A stretch of 64,000 nucleotides of DNA from Candidatus Latescibacterota bacterium (GTDB taxonomy: Bacteria > Latescibacterota > UBA2968 > UBA8231). Below are positions 29,373 to 39,800 of the stretch, piece by piece; position 1 is the first letter of the stretch; each line of letters opens with the position of its first letter. Made by a program: the position numbers and the translations under genes. Location of the stretch: the NCBI GenBank assembly GCA_965243025.1, contig CBDETY010000003.1, positions 608,001 to 672,000 on the forward strand, read 5' to 3'. A model generated the notes under the pieces. That model worked only from the letters and a program-made list of their open reading frames with translations, was not told the origin of the DNA and searched no databases.

Positions 29373-30377
29373 TCACTGGTCCCGCCCGATGCCGTGCAGC
29401 CCCGCCACTTCCCACCAGCGCTCCCCGGGAGCCGGCGGCGGAGCCAGCACCAGGCGGCGCAGCAGGTCGAACTGCTTCTCCATGCCGTCGTCGATGTCCA
29501 TGTAGTCGGACTCCATCTCCACCGACAGCGCCCCCTCGTAACCGACGAACCGCAGGTTGGTGACGAAGTCGCGCCAGAAGCTCTCGTCGTGCCCCCAGCC
29601 GACGCAGGTGAACGTCCACACGCGGTTCTTCGGATCGGTCGGGGGAACGGTGGTGTCGAGCAACCCCTGCAGCCGCAGGTTGTGGGGGTCGATGCGGGTG
29701 TCCTTCATGTGGATGTGCCAGACGAGGTCGCCGAGGTAGCGGATCGATTCGAGCACGTCGACGTGCTGCACGAACAGGTGGGACGGGTCGAAGTTGCAGC
29801 CGATCTCCTTTCCGACTGCATCGCGCAGCTTCATCAGGGTGGCGGGGGTGTGCACGACGTCGCCGATCCAAGGCTCGATGCAGAGCCGGCAGCCGTGGTC
29901 GGAGGCGATCTTCGCCTGCTCGCGCCAGAACGGGATCACCCGCTCCTCCCACTGCCACTTCAGTATGCCGCGGGATTCGGCGTTGAAGACGTCGGTGATC
30001 CAGCAGGGAGCGGTGTCTCCCTCTGCCCCTTCCGGGCAGCCGGAGTTGAGGGTGATCAGCTCTACTCCGGACAGCTCGGCAAGCTCGCACGCCGTGCGGA
30101 ATCCCCGCGCCCACTCCGCGGCGGCCTCCCGGTCCGGTGAGAGCATGTCGCCGTGGGCGGCCAGGGCGCTGATTTCGAGGCCGTGCGCGGCGATGGCGTC
30201 GAGCCAGCGGCGCAGCTCGCCGCGGTCGGCAACGAGCTTCCCGGGGTCGCAGTGCTTCTTCGACGCCTCTCCCATGCCAGCGACTTCGATGCAGCCGGCG
30301 CCGAGGTGCTTCGCGTAGCGGAGGGCTTCCTCGAAGTCGTACTTGAGAATGAACAGGGTGTTGATGCCGAGTTTCAT
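29373..30377 (-). CDS. Sugar phosphate isomerase/epimerase (xylose-isomerase-like TIM barrel)
   Basis: LCIEP, GCNFDPSHL, HIHMKD, VGWGH, GYEGALSVEME. Confidence 0.88.
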   Translation of the reverse strand: MKLGINTLFILKYDFEEALRYAKHLGAGCIEVAGMGEASKKHCDPGKLVADRGELRRWLDAIAAHGLEISALAAHGDMLSPDREAAAEWARGFRTACELAELSGVELITLNSGCPEGAEGDTAPCWITDVFNAESRGILKWQWEERVIPFWREQAKIASDHGCRLCIEPWIGDVVHTPATLMKLRDAVGKEIGCNFDPSHLFVQHVDVLESIRYLGDLVWHIHMKDTRIDPHNLRLQGLLDTTVPPTDPKNRVWTFTCVGWGHDESFWRDFVTNLRFVGYEGALSVEMESDYMDIDDGMEKQFDLLRRLVLAPPPAPGERWWEVAGLHGIGRDQ

Positions 30378-30502
30378 GTGGGTACCCGCCGAACAGGTTT
30401 TTAACCGAATATGATGGAGAACGCCGGAACCTCGGTCAGGGGCGGTGTTTCCTGTGGTTCAATTTTATTGCCGCGCGACATTCGCCGGAGTATCTTCCCG
30501 GT

Positions 30503-31168
30503 ATGGCCACCGCACGAATACCGCAGGACCGGCTTCCCGGGCCCCCGGCCGACCCCAACGGCGACCCCGCCAGGCAACTGGCTCCCGCCAACGAGCTGGA
30601 GGCGGCCATCGGCCGCCAGATCCGCGACTTCCGCACCCAGCTCCACATGACCGCGGCCGAGCTCGCCAGCCAGGCCGGGCTGTCGCCGGGCATGCTCTCC
30701 AAGATCGAGAACGGCCTCGCCTCGCCTTCGCTGGCCACCCTCAAGGCCCTGTCGCGGGCGCTCAATGTCCCGGTAACCGCCTTCTTCCGCAAATACGAGG
30801 AGGAGCGGGAGGTGTCCTTCGTGCGCAGGGGAGAGGGGCTCAACATCGAACGCCGCGGCACCCGCGCCGGGCACCAGTACCAGCTGCTCGGGCACACCGT
30901 CAACAGGCAGCTGCTCGTCGAGCCGTACCTGATCTCGCTGACCGAGGAGTCGGACGTGTTCCCGCTCTTTCAGCACCGCGGCGTCGAGTTCATCCACATG
31001 CTCGAGGGGCGGGTCACCTACCGCCACGGCAACCGGACCTACCGCATGGAGGCCGGGGACTCCCTGTTCTTCGACGCCGACGCCCCGCACGGGCCCGAGG
31101 AGCTGGTCGAGCTGCCGATCCGCTTTCTGTCGATCATCATCGAGCCGCGGGCCGGCAGCGGAGACTGA
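30503..31168 (+). CDS. XRE-family HTH-cupin regulator of the type found beside methylamine/sarcosine operons
   Basis: LSPGMLSKIENGLASPSL, ERRGTRAGHQYQLLGH, FQHRGVEF, GDSLFFDADAPHGPEEL. Confidence 0.9.
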   Translation: MATARIPQDRLPGPPADPNGDPARQLAPANELEAAIGRQIRDFRTQLHMTAAELASQAGLSPGMLSKIENGLASPSLATLKALSRALNVPVTAFFRKYEEEREVSFVRRGEGLNIERRGTRAGHQYQLLGHTVNRQLLVEPYLISLTEESDVFPLFQHRGVEFIHMLEGRVTYRHGNRTYRMEAGDSLFFDADAPHGPEELVELPIRFLSIIIEPRAGSGD

Positions 31169-31200
31169 GCAGAAAAGCCGGTAGATAGGAGCAAAAGCGC

Positions 31201-32100
31201 ATGTGTGGAATCGCCGGAATCATGTACAAGGGGAAGCTGCTGGGCACCGGGCAGGCCCTGATCGACATGCTCGACGGCTGCCAGCACCGCGGCCCGGACT
31301 CGACCGGGTTCGCCCTCTACACCCGGGAGGAGGAAGGGCGGCTGCGGCTGCGTTTCTTCGTCGGCGAGGGGGAGGAGGCGGAAACCGCGATCGCCCGCAT
31401 CGCCGAGGCGGTCGCCGGGCAGGGCGCCACTGTCGTCTCCGAAGAGAGGACCGGCAAAAACTACAAGCTGACCGTCGAGTACGACGGCGACGTACAGAAG
31501 TTCTCCTACGCCGTCGAGCAGGCCGCCAAGGTGGTCTCGATCGGCGCCAGCCTCGAGATCATCAAGGACGTCGGCGGGGCGCACGACGTCGACGAGCGCT
31601 ACGGCGTCGACAGCTTCACCGGCAGCCACGGCCTCGGCCACGTCCGCCTCGCCACCGAGTCCGACGTCAAGCCGGAGGCTTCGCACCCGTTCTGGGCTAC
31701 CGGGTTCGCCGACGTCGCCATCGTCCACAACGGCCAGATCACCAACTACTGGAAGATGCGCCGCCGCCTCGAGCGCCGCGGCTTCCAGTTCACCACCGAC
31801 AACGACAGCGAGCTGATCGCCGTGTACCTCGCCGACAAGCTGTCGCAGGGGATCGCCCTCAAGCAGGCGCTGGCCGACTCGATCGACGACCTCGACGGCA
31901 CCTTCTCCTTCCTCGTGTCGACCCGGGACGAGATCGGCTACGCCAAGGACCGGCTCGCCGCCAAGCCGATGATCCTCTACGAGAACGACGACCTCATCGC
32001 CGTCGCCTCCGAGGAGGTGTCCCTCAACCGCCTGTTCCCCGGCCAGGCCCTCGACACCCGCGAGCCCCCGCCCGGAGATTTCGACACATGGTCCAGGTAG
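31201..32100 (+). CDS. glxB: Class II glutamine amidotransferase (GlxB / N-methylglutamate synthase subunit A-like)
   Basis: N-terminal MCGIAG, HRGPDSTG, GHVRLATES, HPF, VHNGQITNY, DSE, LDGTF. Confidence 0.85.
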   Translation: MCGIAGIMYKGKLLGTGQALIDMLDGCQHRGPDSTGFALYTREEEGRLRLRFFVGEGEEAETAIARIAEAVAGQGATVVSEERTGKNYKLTVEYDGDVQKFSYAVEQAAKVVSIGASLEIIKDVGGAHDVDERYGVDSFTGSHGLGHVRLATESDVKPEASHPFWATGFADVAIVHNGQITNYWKMRRRLERRGFQFTTDNDSELIAVYLADKLSQGIALKQALADSIDDLDGTFSFLVSTRDEIGYAKDRLAAKPMILYENDDLIAVASEEVSLNRLFPGQALDTREPPPGDFDTWSR

Positions 32101-34042
32101 ACCTCGCCGAGATCCCGGTCCGCCGCGCCAACGAGCTGATCCGCGAACACGGGGAGGCCGGTGAGGACGTCGAGGTCCTCAACCCCGACGCCCGCCACCA
32201 CATCGGCGTCGGGCTGACCGCGCCGGTCCGGGTGCGCGTGCGCGGCTCGGCCGGGTACTTCTGCGCCGGCCTCACCGACCGCGCCCGCTTCGAGGTCGAC
32301 AACAACGCCGGCTGGGGCCTGGGGGACAACATGTACACCGGCTCGGTGGTGGTCCGGGGGAACGCCGGGGCCATTGCCGGGGTCGCCATCCGCGGCGCCG
32401 AGCTGGTGGTCCACGGCAACGTCGGCTCGCGCGCCGGCCAGGTGATGAAGGCCGGCACCCTCTGCTGCGCCGGCAACGCCAACTTCATGGCCGGGTACAT
32501 GATGTACGGGGGGCGCATCATCATCCTCGGCGACTCGGGCGAGCGCGTCGGCGAGGACATGACCGGCGGCGAGATCTTCGTCGGCGGCAGGGTGCGGGAC
32601 CTCGGCAGCGACGCCGCTCTGACCGACGCCGGCAGCGACGAGATCGACGGCGTCCGCGAGTTCCTCGACCGCTGGGAGATCCCCTTCCGCGGCGGCTTCA
32701 GCAAGATCGTCAACGCCGGCGGCAAGCTGCGCTACGGGACCGAGGAGCCGACGGTGCGCAGCCTGCCGTTCTTCACCTACTCCGGCGGCTCGCAGTACTG
32801 GAACGGGAAGATCCAGGAGGACATCGGCATCAAGTCGCGGATCGGGCGCTACCGCATCCGCGGGTACGGCGCGGCGCGGCCGCTGCCCCACCTCGCCGAC
32901 CTGGGGTTCCGCGCCGACCTGTCGCGGGCCGGCAGCGACCCCGAGGTCCTCTCGAGGGTGCGCATGCGCACCGAGATCGGCGGCCTCAACGGCGCCGAGC
33001 CGCTGAAGCTGAGCATGCCGGTGATGGTGGCGCCGATGAGCTACGGCGCCCTCAGCCGCTCGACGAAGCAGGCGGTGGCGATCGCCTCGGGGATGTCGGA
33101 CATCGCCGAGAACACCGGCGAGGGGGGGATGAGCGACGCCCAGAGGACTCGGCCAAGCAGCTGATCTTCCAGTGCCTCGGGGGGCGCCTCGGCTGGAACA
33201 TCCACGACATGAAGCGGGCCGACGGCCTCGAGATCTACATCTCGCAGGGGGCCAAGCCCGGGCTCGGGGGCCAGCTGATGGCGAAGAAGGTGACCCCGGA
33301 GCTGGCCGCCATCCGGGGCATACCGGCCGGCATCGACCTGCGCTCGCCGTCGCGGCATCCCGACATCCTCGGGGCCGACGACCTCGTCATCAAGATCGAG
33401 GAGTTCCGCGAGGCCACCGGGTACCGCCTGCCGGTGAGCGTCAAGCTCGGGGCCGGCAGGGTGCGCGACGACATCAAGATCGCGGTGAAGGACGGCTTCG
33501 ACTTCGTCGAGCTCGACGGCATGCAGGGGGCCACCGGCGCCGGCAGCGGCGAGGTCATCGACCACGTCGGCATCCCGACCCTGTCGGCGATCATCGAGGC
33601 CGAGGAGGCGCTGGCCGAGATCGGCCGCCGCCGGGACATACAGATCGTGCTCATGGGCGGCCTGCGCGACGGCGTCGACGCCGTCAAGGCGCTCTGCCTG
33701 GGAGCGGACGCGGCGGCGTTCGGCACCTCGGTGCTGATCGCCGGCGGCTGCATCGCCTGCATGCAGTGCCACGTCGGCCAGTGCGTCACCGGCATCGCCA
33801 CCCAGGACCCGGAGCACGAGGAGCGCTACCACGCCAACACCGAGGCCCTCAACATCCACCGCTTCCTCGAGTTCGTGCGCTGGCAGATCGCCGCCATCAC
33901 CCAGGCCCTCGGATACGCCGACACCGGCGACCTCAACCGCGGCGACCTCGTCGCCCTGACCCCGGACGCCGCGGCCATCACCGGGCTGCCGTACCAACCC
34001 CGGCCGCAAGCGGAAGCGCCCGCGGGAGTCAGCCTGCCGTGA
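32088..34042 (+). pseudogene. GXGXG (GlxC-like) + FMN-binding glutamate synthase (GlxD-like) fusion with a 1-nt frameshift near 33146 (real or sequencing error)
   Basis: MVQVDL...GSAGYFCAG...GERVGEDMTGG...PMSYGALS...NTGEGGM in one frame, then IFQCLGGRLG...SQGAKPGLGG...VSVKLG...DGMQGATGA...CIACMQCHVGQC.TGIATQD in the next; one extra G in 'cagaggactc' restores QRDSAKQ. Confidence 0.85.
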
Positions 34043-36585
34043 GCGTCTACGACCTCCACCGCATCGAGATGCCGCAGGCCCCCTCGGGGTTCGCCGACGA
34101 CAGCGGGGGGACGCATTTCGTGCCGGCCCCCTGCCAGGTCGCCTGCCCGGTGGGGACCGACGCCCCCTCGTACATCGCCCTCATCTGGGAGGAGAAGTAC
34201 GCCGAGGCGTTCGAGGCGATCACCGCCACCAACCCGTTCAGCTCGATCTGCGGGCGCGTCTGCGACGCCCCGTGCGAGCCGGCCTGCCGGCGCACCGACA
34301 GCGACGGGCCGCTGCAGATCCGCAACCTCAAGCGCTTCGTCATGGACAAGGTGGGGCACCGGTACGACCCGCCGCCGGTGCCGGTGACGAAGAAGGAGAG
34401 CGTCGGCATCGTCGGCTCCGGACCTGCCGGGCTGACCGCCGCCCACGACCTCTGCGTCGCCGGGTACACCGTCGACGTCTACGAGATGAGCGACCGCCTC
34501 GGCGGCATGATGGCCTGGGGCATACCGGCGTTCCGGCTGCCGCCCGGGATCATCGACGAGGACATCGACCGCCTTACAGGCAAGTGCCAGGGGCTCAACG
34601 TCCACCTCAACACCGAGCTGGGGAAGCACGTTCACCTCGAGGAGCTCAAGGAGCGGCACGACGCCGTGCTGCTGGCGATCGGCTCCTGGTGGGGCAAGCC
34701 GATGGAGATCCCGGGGGAGGAGCACCCGCTGGTGGTCGACGGGGTCGGTTTCCTGCGCCGCGTCAACGCCGGCGAGAGGCCTACCCTGCCGGAGAAGGTG
34801 GTGGTCGTCGGCGGCGGCGACGTCGCCATGGACGCCTGCCGCGTCGCCAGGCGGCTGCCCGGCTGCGAGCACGTGACGGTCATCTACCGCCGCGGGCCCG
34901 ACGAGATCCCGGCGCGCCGCATCGAGCTCGAGGGGGCCGTCGCCGAGGGGATCGAGTTCGTCTACCACACGCAGCAGGTCTCCGTCGCGGAGCACGGGGA
35001 CGGACTGCGGCTGCGGTGCGTGAAAACCGGGCTCGGGGAGCCGGACGAGAGCGGCCGCCGCAGCCCGGTCGCGGTGCCGGGCAGCGAGCACGAGATCGAG
35101 TGCGGCATGGTGATCGCCGCGGTCGGACAGAAAGGGGTGTGCGGGGAGCTCGACCGCATCGGCATGATGCTGCCCGACCGGGTGCGCACCCGCTGGGAGA
35201 CCATGCGCACCGACGATCCCAAGGTCTTCGCCGCCGGGGACGGCGCCTTCGGGGGCTCGACCATCGTCCTGGCCATGCACCACGGACAGCGGGCCGCCTA
35301 CTACATCGACCAGTACCTCGAGGGGAACGACGACCCCATGCCGTACCGCACCCCCTACCGGACCCGGCAGGTCGACGTCGCCCAGGACATGATGTGGGAG
35401 CGCTTCAAGCTGCAGCACCCCGAGTTCTTCGGGCTCGGCGCCGTGCCGGTCGAGTTCCCCGAGATCGAGGCGACCTACGACGACGACACCGCGAAGAAGG
35501 AGGCGGCCCGCTGCTACCGCTGCGACGCCGAGACCGGAACCCCCGACTACTCCGTGCAGCACCGCGAGGACCTGTTCTCGATGGCCCGCATCGGCCCCGA
35601 CGAGCACGACAAGCGCCGGGCGATGCTGCAGCGCCGCCTCGAGCCCCGGGAAAACCCGTTCCCCGAGGAGCGCCCCGCGCAGCTCGACGACATCGTCTTC
35701 CTGCCGGCCAACCTGTCGCGGCTGGTCATCGACCCGTACCGCGAGGCCTGCCGCGTCGACTTCGATCTCGGCGGCCGGATGCGGCTGGAGCACCCCTTCC
35801 TCGTCACCGGGTTCGACGGGACGCCGCGCGAGGTGCGCACCGCCGTTGCCCGGGGGCTGAGCGAGGCCGGGGGCGTCTACCTCGGGGCCCGGAAGCTTCC
35901 CGGGGAGGAGGAGGTCCCCTGGGTTCAACTCCTGGTAGGGGGAGGGGATGGGGCGGACCCCGGGGCCGCGGGCTTCGTACAGCCGTTCGCCGCGGATAGA
36001 CCGCCGCCCACCGGCCTGGAGCGGGTCGTCGAAGGCCAGTTGCTCGGGCTGGCGGTGTCGTCGGCGAGGGACCTCGAAGCGGCGCTCGCTTACGCTCTGG
36101 AAGGCGGGCTCGACCTGCTGGTGCTCGACGGCACCGGCGGGCTCGCCGCAAGTGCCTGGCCCGAGCTGCGGGGGGCTCCCGACCTCGGGCTGCTGCGGGA
36201 CGCGGTCGCCATCCTCAGGCGCCTCGACCGCGAGGAGGAGGTCGACCTCGTCTGGTTCGGAGGGGTGCGCTCGGGAACCGACGCCGCCAAGCTCGTCGGC
36301 CTCGGGGCGGTCGCCATGGTTCTGGGAGTCTCCACCGGGATCGCCGCCGGAGGCCGGATCTCCGGGGATTCCCTGGTCTTCGAGGCCGGCCTGGGAACGG
36401 ACGAGCGGGCCGAAGCGGTGGCCAACCTGATCAGGGCGAACACCGGCGAGGCCTCGATGATGGCGCGCTGCACGGGCAAGACCGATCTCCACAACATCGA
36501 GCCGGAAGACCTGCGCGCCCTCACCCTGGCGACCGCGGAGAGCGCCGGCCTGCCGCTGGCCGGGACCAGGGAAGAGAGCGGCTGA
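34039..36585 (+). CDS. GltD-like FAD/NAD(P)H Fe-S oxidoreductase fused to a degenerate glutamate-synthase FMN-barrel domain
   Basis: PCQVACP, CGRVCDAPCEPACRR, IVGSGPAG, VVGGGDVAMD, FAAGD, EAARCYRC, then LDDIVFLPANLSR...FGGVRSGTDAAK...MARCTGKTDLHNIEPEDL; GTG overlaps the upstream TGA. Confidence 0.88.
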   Translation: MSVYDLHRIEMPQAPSGFADDSGGTHFVPAPCQVACPVGTDAPSYIALIWEEKYAEAFEAITATNPFSSICGRVCDAPCEPACRRTDSDGPLQIRNLKRFVMDKVGHRYDPPPVPVTKKESVGIVGSGPAGLTAAHDLCVAGYTVDVYEMSDRLGGMMAWGIPAFRLPPGIIDEDIDRLTGKCQGLNVHLNTELGKHVHLEELKERHDAVLLAIGSWWGKPMEIPGEEHPLVVDGVGFLRRVNAGERPTLPEKVVVVGGGDVAMDACRVARRLPGCEHVTVIYRRGPDEIPARRIELEGAVAEGIEFVYHTQQVSVAEHGDGLRLRCVKTGLGEPDESGRRSPVAVPGSEHEIECGMVIAAVGQKGVCGELDRIGMMLPDRVRTRWETMRTDDPKVFAAGDGAFGGSTIVLAMHHGQRAAYYIDQYLEGNDDPMPYRTPYRTRQVDVAQDMMWERFKLQHPEFFGLGAVPVEFPEIEATYDDDTAKKEAARCYRCDAETGTPDYSVQHREDLFSMARIGPDEHDKRRAMLQRRLEPRENPFPEERPAQLDDIVFLPANLSRLVIDPYREACRVDFDLGGRMRLEHPFLVTGFDGTPREVRTAVARGLSEAGGVYLGARKLPGEEEVPWVQLLVGGGDGADPGAAGFVQPFAADRPPPTGLERVVEGQLLGLAVSSARDLEAALAYALEGGLDLLVLDGTGGLAASAWPELRGAPDLGLLRDAVAILRRLDREEEVDLVWFGGVRSGTDAAKLVGLGAVAMVLGVSTGIAAGGRISGDSLVFEAGLGTDERAEAVANLIRANTGEASMMARCTGKTDLHNIEPEDLRALTLATAESAGLPLAGTREESG

Positions 36586-36595
36586 GGCGGGCGAG

Positions 36596-36760
36596 TCCGC
36601 TTCACTTTTTCAGCTACTCCATCGACACGCGGGCAAGGTAGGTCGAGCAGGGCGGCGGCTTGCGGCTCCCCTGCCCGGAGTGGGTCTGGGCGTGGCCCTT
36701 CTTCCGCTTCACTTCTTCAGCTACTCCATTGACACCGGGGGCGAGGTAGGACCGGGGAGG
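36596..36760. repeat. Two imperfect ~55-bp intergenic direct repeats
   Basis: tccgcttcactttttcagctactccatcgacac...aggtagg at ~36596 and tccgcttcacttcttcagctactccattgacac...aggtagg at ~36702. Confidence 0.7.
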
Positions 36761-36806
36761 CTGAGGGCTCGCGCCACCTGCGCGGGGCTTGGCCTTCCCG
36801 CCGCCT

Positions 36807-39800
36807 TCAGCGCAGCAGCGTGAGCTTGCGCGTCCGCACCCCTTCGGGGGTCACCAGCCTGTACAGGTAGATGCCGCTGGCAAGGGAACGGCCCTCGTTG
36901 TCGCGCCCGTCCCAGTGGAGGCGGTGACTGCCGGCTTTCTGGTCTCCCCGGCGCAGGACCGCCACCCGTTGTCCGGTGAGCGCGAAGATCTCCAGGCGCG
37001 CCGGCCCCGGAGAGAGGAGGACGTAGGGGATGACGGTGTTGCTGTTGAACGGGTTGGGGGCGTTCTGCTGCAACAGGAGCTCCTGCTGCCGGTTCTGCCT
37101 GAGGCCCGGGGGCTTTGCCGGGATTCCCGGGTGCAGGTGAAGCCGCGTGTCCAGCAGCAGGATCCCGCCGTCCTGCAACCCGCAGGCCAGGCTCGTCCCA
37201 TCCGGGGAAAACGCCACGGAATTGACCTTGCGCACATGTCTTGCGAGGGTGGCGGCGATCTCCTTCCCGGGTACGTCCCACAGCTTGACCCTGCCGTCGT
37301 GGGACGCCGAGGCAAGGGCTGTTCCATCGGGAGAAAACGCCACGGAGCGGACCGCGGCGGTATGCCCGGAGAAAGTGACGGCGCTTCCTTCGTCCAGGTC
37401 CCACAGGCGGACGGTTCCGTCCTCGGATCCGGAGGCGAGGATCGAGCCGCCCGGGGAGATCGCCACCGAATGGACCGCACCCCCGCTTCCGCGGAGTCCA
37501 TTCCCTTTTCTTCTGGCGTCCCAGACCTTTATGGAACCGTTGTTCAATCCGACGGCGAGGGTGGTGTCGTCGGAGACCGCCACCGAAAGGACAGGGACCG
37601 AAGCCCAGTAAAGGGTGATCAGGTTCGCCCCGGCCGGATCCCAGAGCCTGACTGTCTTGTCCTCCGATCCGGAGGCCAGCAGCGCGCCGCTTGGGGAAAA
37701 CGCCACGGAACTGACCACATCCAGGTGGTCGTACAGGGTGGCGGTACTCTTCCCCGTATCGAGGTCCCACAGCTTGACGGTCTTGTCCTCCGACCCGGAA
37801 GCGAGGGTCCTCCCATCGGGGGAGAAGTCAACCGACCGGACAACTGCCGTATGGTCCTCCAGACTGGAGGTGCTGCCCGTTCCCGGGTCCCACAGCAGGA
37901 CCGAGTTTTCCGACCCGGAGGCCAGGGTCGCCCCGTCGGGGGAGAAGGAAACCGAAGCGACCTTCCCTGCATGTCCTTCGAGGCTGCTGCTGCTTCCCGT
38001 CGCCGCGTCCCACAGTCTGACCGTGCCGTCAGCCGAGCCGGAAGCCAGCCGTGATCCGTCCGGGAAGAAGGCCACCGAGTTGATCCAGGCCGTATGTCCG
38101 GAGAAGGTTTCGGCGCTCCGCGCCGCCATGTCCCACAGAAGAACCGCACCGCCCTCCGACCCGCAGGCCAGGCTGCCTCCATCCGGGGAGAAGGCGACCG
38201 ACCTGACCCCGCCCCTGTGCACCAGGAGGGTGGCGGTATTCGTTCCCGCCCCTGCGTCCCAGAGCTCAACCGACCTGTCGGATCCCGAGGCCAGCGTCCT
38301 GCCGTCGGGCGAGAAGGCCACGGAATTGACCGCGTCCCTGTGCGCCGGAAGGGTGGCGGTATTCGTTCCCGATGCAAAATCCCAGAGCCTGACCGATTTG
38401 TCGGCGGACCCGGACGCCAGGGTGGCGCCGTCCGGTGAGAACGCCAGGGAATGGACGAGACCTGAATGCCCTTCGAGGGTGCCGGCGTCGGTTCCGGCCG
38501 CCACGTCCCACAGCCCGACGGCTCCCCCGGGCGAGCCGAAGGCCAGTGTGGCCCCGTCCGGTGCGAAGGCAACGCATCCGCTCCCGGGCCCGATGTCGGC
38601 GATACGCTGTCCGGCGTCGACGTGCCAGAGCTCGACGGAGCCCCCCTCCGGGCCGCCCGCGGCGAGGAGGGTCCCGTCGGGCGAGAAGGCCAGGGAATGG
38701 GCTTCTTCGGCGGGGAGGCGCAGCAGGGGAGCGCCCGGCGGCGCCGCGTCGTACAGCCAGATGCCGATGCCGCTGGCCACCGCGAGGCGGCTGCCGTCGG
38801 GGGAAACGGCTACCGCCCTGTCCCCGAGTCCGATCCTGCCTTTCCCCAGGCGGACGGTCCCGTCGTCGAGCACCCGCCGGGTCTGCAGGTCGTCCTCGAA
38901 GACGGGAATGCCGATCCCCGTGGCGTCGAAGGTCACCCGTCCGAGCCCCGGAACCGCTGCCTCGACCCTGTTGGTTCCCGGGTTCGGACCCAGGGTGAGG
39001 AAACATTCCGCCCTTCCCCCGGCAGCGGTGGTCACCTTCTCGACCGCGAACTTTTCGCGCAGCCTCCCGGACCCCGCAGTGACGGAAAATGCGACAGCGA
39101 CGTTTTCCAGTCCCCTGCCGTTCCGGTCCCTTACGGAAACGACGAACGGATCCTCCAACCGGGAGCCGGTCCATCCCCGGCCGTCGTCCCCGGAGATTTT
39201 CACCAGCCTGTGCGGGATGGGACGAATCCACTCCGACACGTCCCACAGGCGCAGGGTGCCGTCGAGCGCGGCCGAGGCGAGAATCCCGCCTTGCGGTGAA
39301 AACTTCACCGAAGTGATCCGGAAGTCATGCCCCCTGAAGGTGGCGGTGGCTTCCCCTGTGCCGACGTCCCACAGCCGGATCGTGCCGTCCGACGCCGAAG
39401 CGATGGTGGCCCCGTCCGGGGAAAAGGCCAGGGAATTGACGTTCGTTCCATGTCCGGACAGGGTGGCGGTGTTTATCCCGGACGCCACCTCCCACAGCCT
39501 GGCCGTGGCATAGGCCCCCGAGGCGAGCAGCTGCGAGTCCGGTGAGAAGGCCAGCCACCTCACCCGGCCTCTGTGCCCCTCGAAAGCCATGGAAAGTTGC
39601 CCCGTATTCACCTCCCACAGGAGCAGCCAGCCGTAGGCTGACCCAGCCGCCAGAGTGGCCCCGTCGGGAGACACGGCCATGGCTCCGACCCGGCCTTTGT
39701 GTCTCCCAAGGGAGTAGGTTCTGTTGGTCCGCTCGACCAGGTCCCACAGCTTGATCGTGGAGTGGGACCTGGAGGCCAGCGTCCTCCCGTCGGGGGCGAA

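Noticed and set aside
31203-34038. N-terminal extensions of the 653-aa and 1137-aa ORFs suggesting larger fusions
   Set aside because: They are alternate frames over the preceding genes; real starts are 32088 and 34039.
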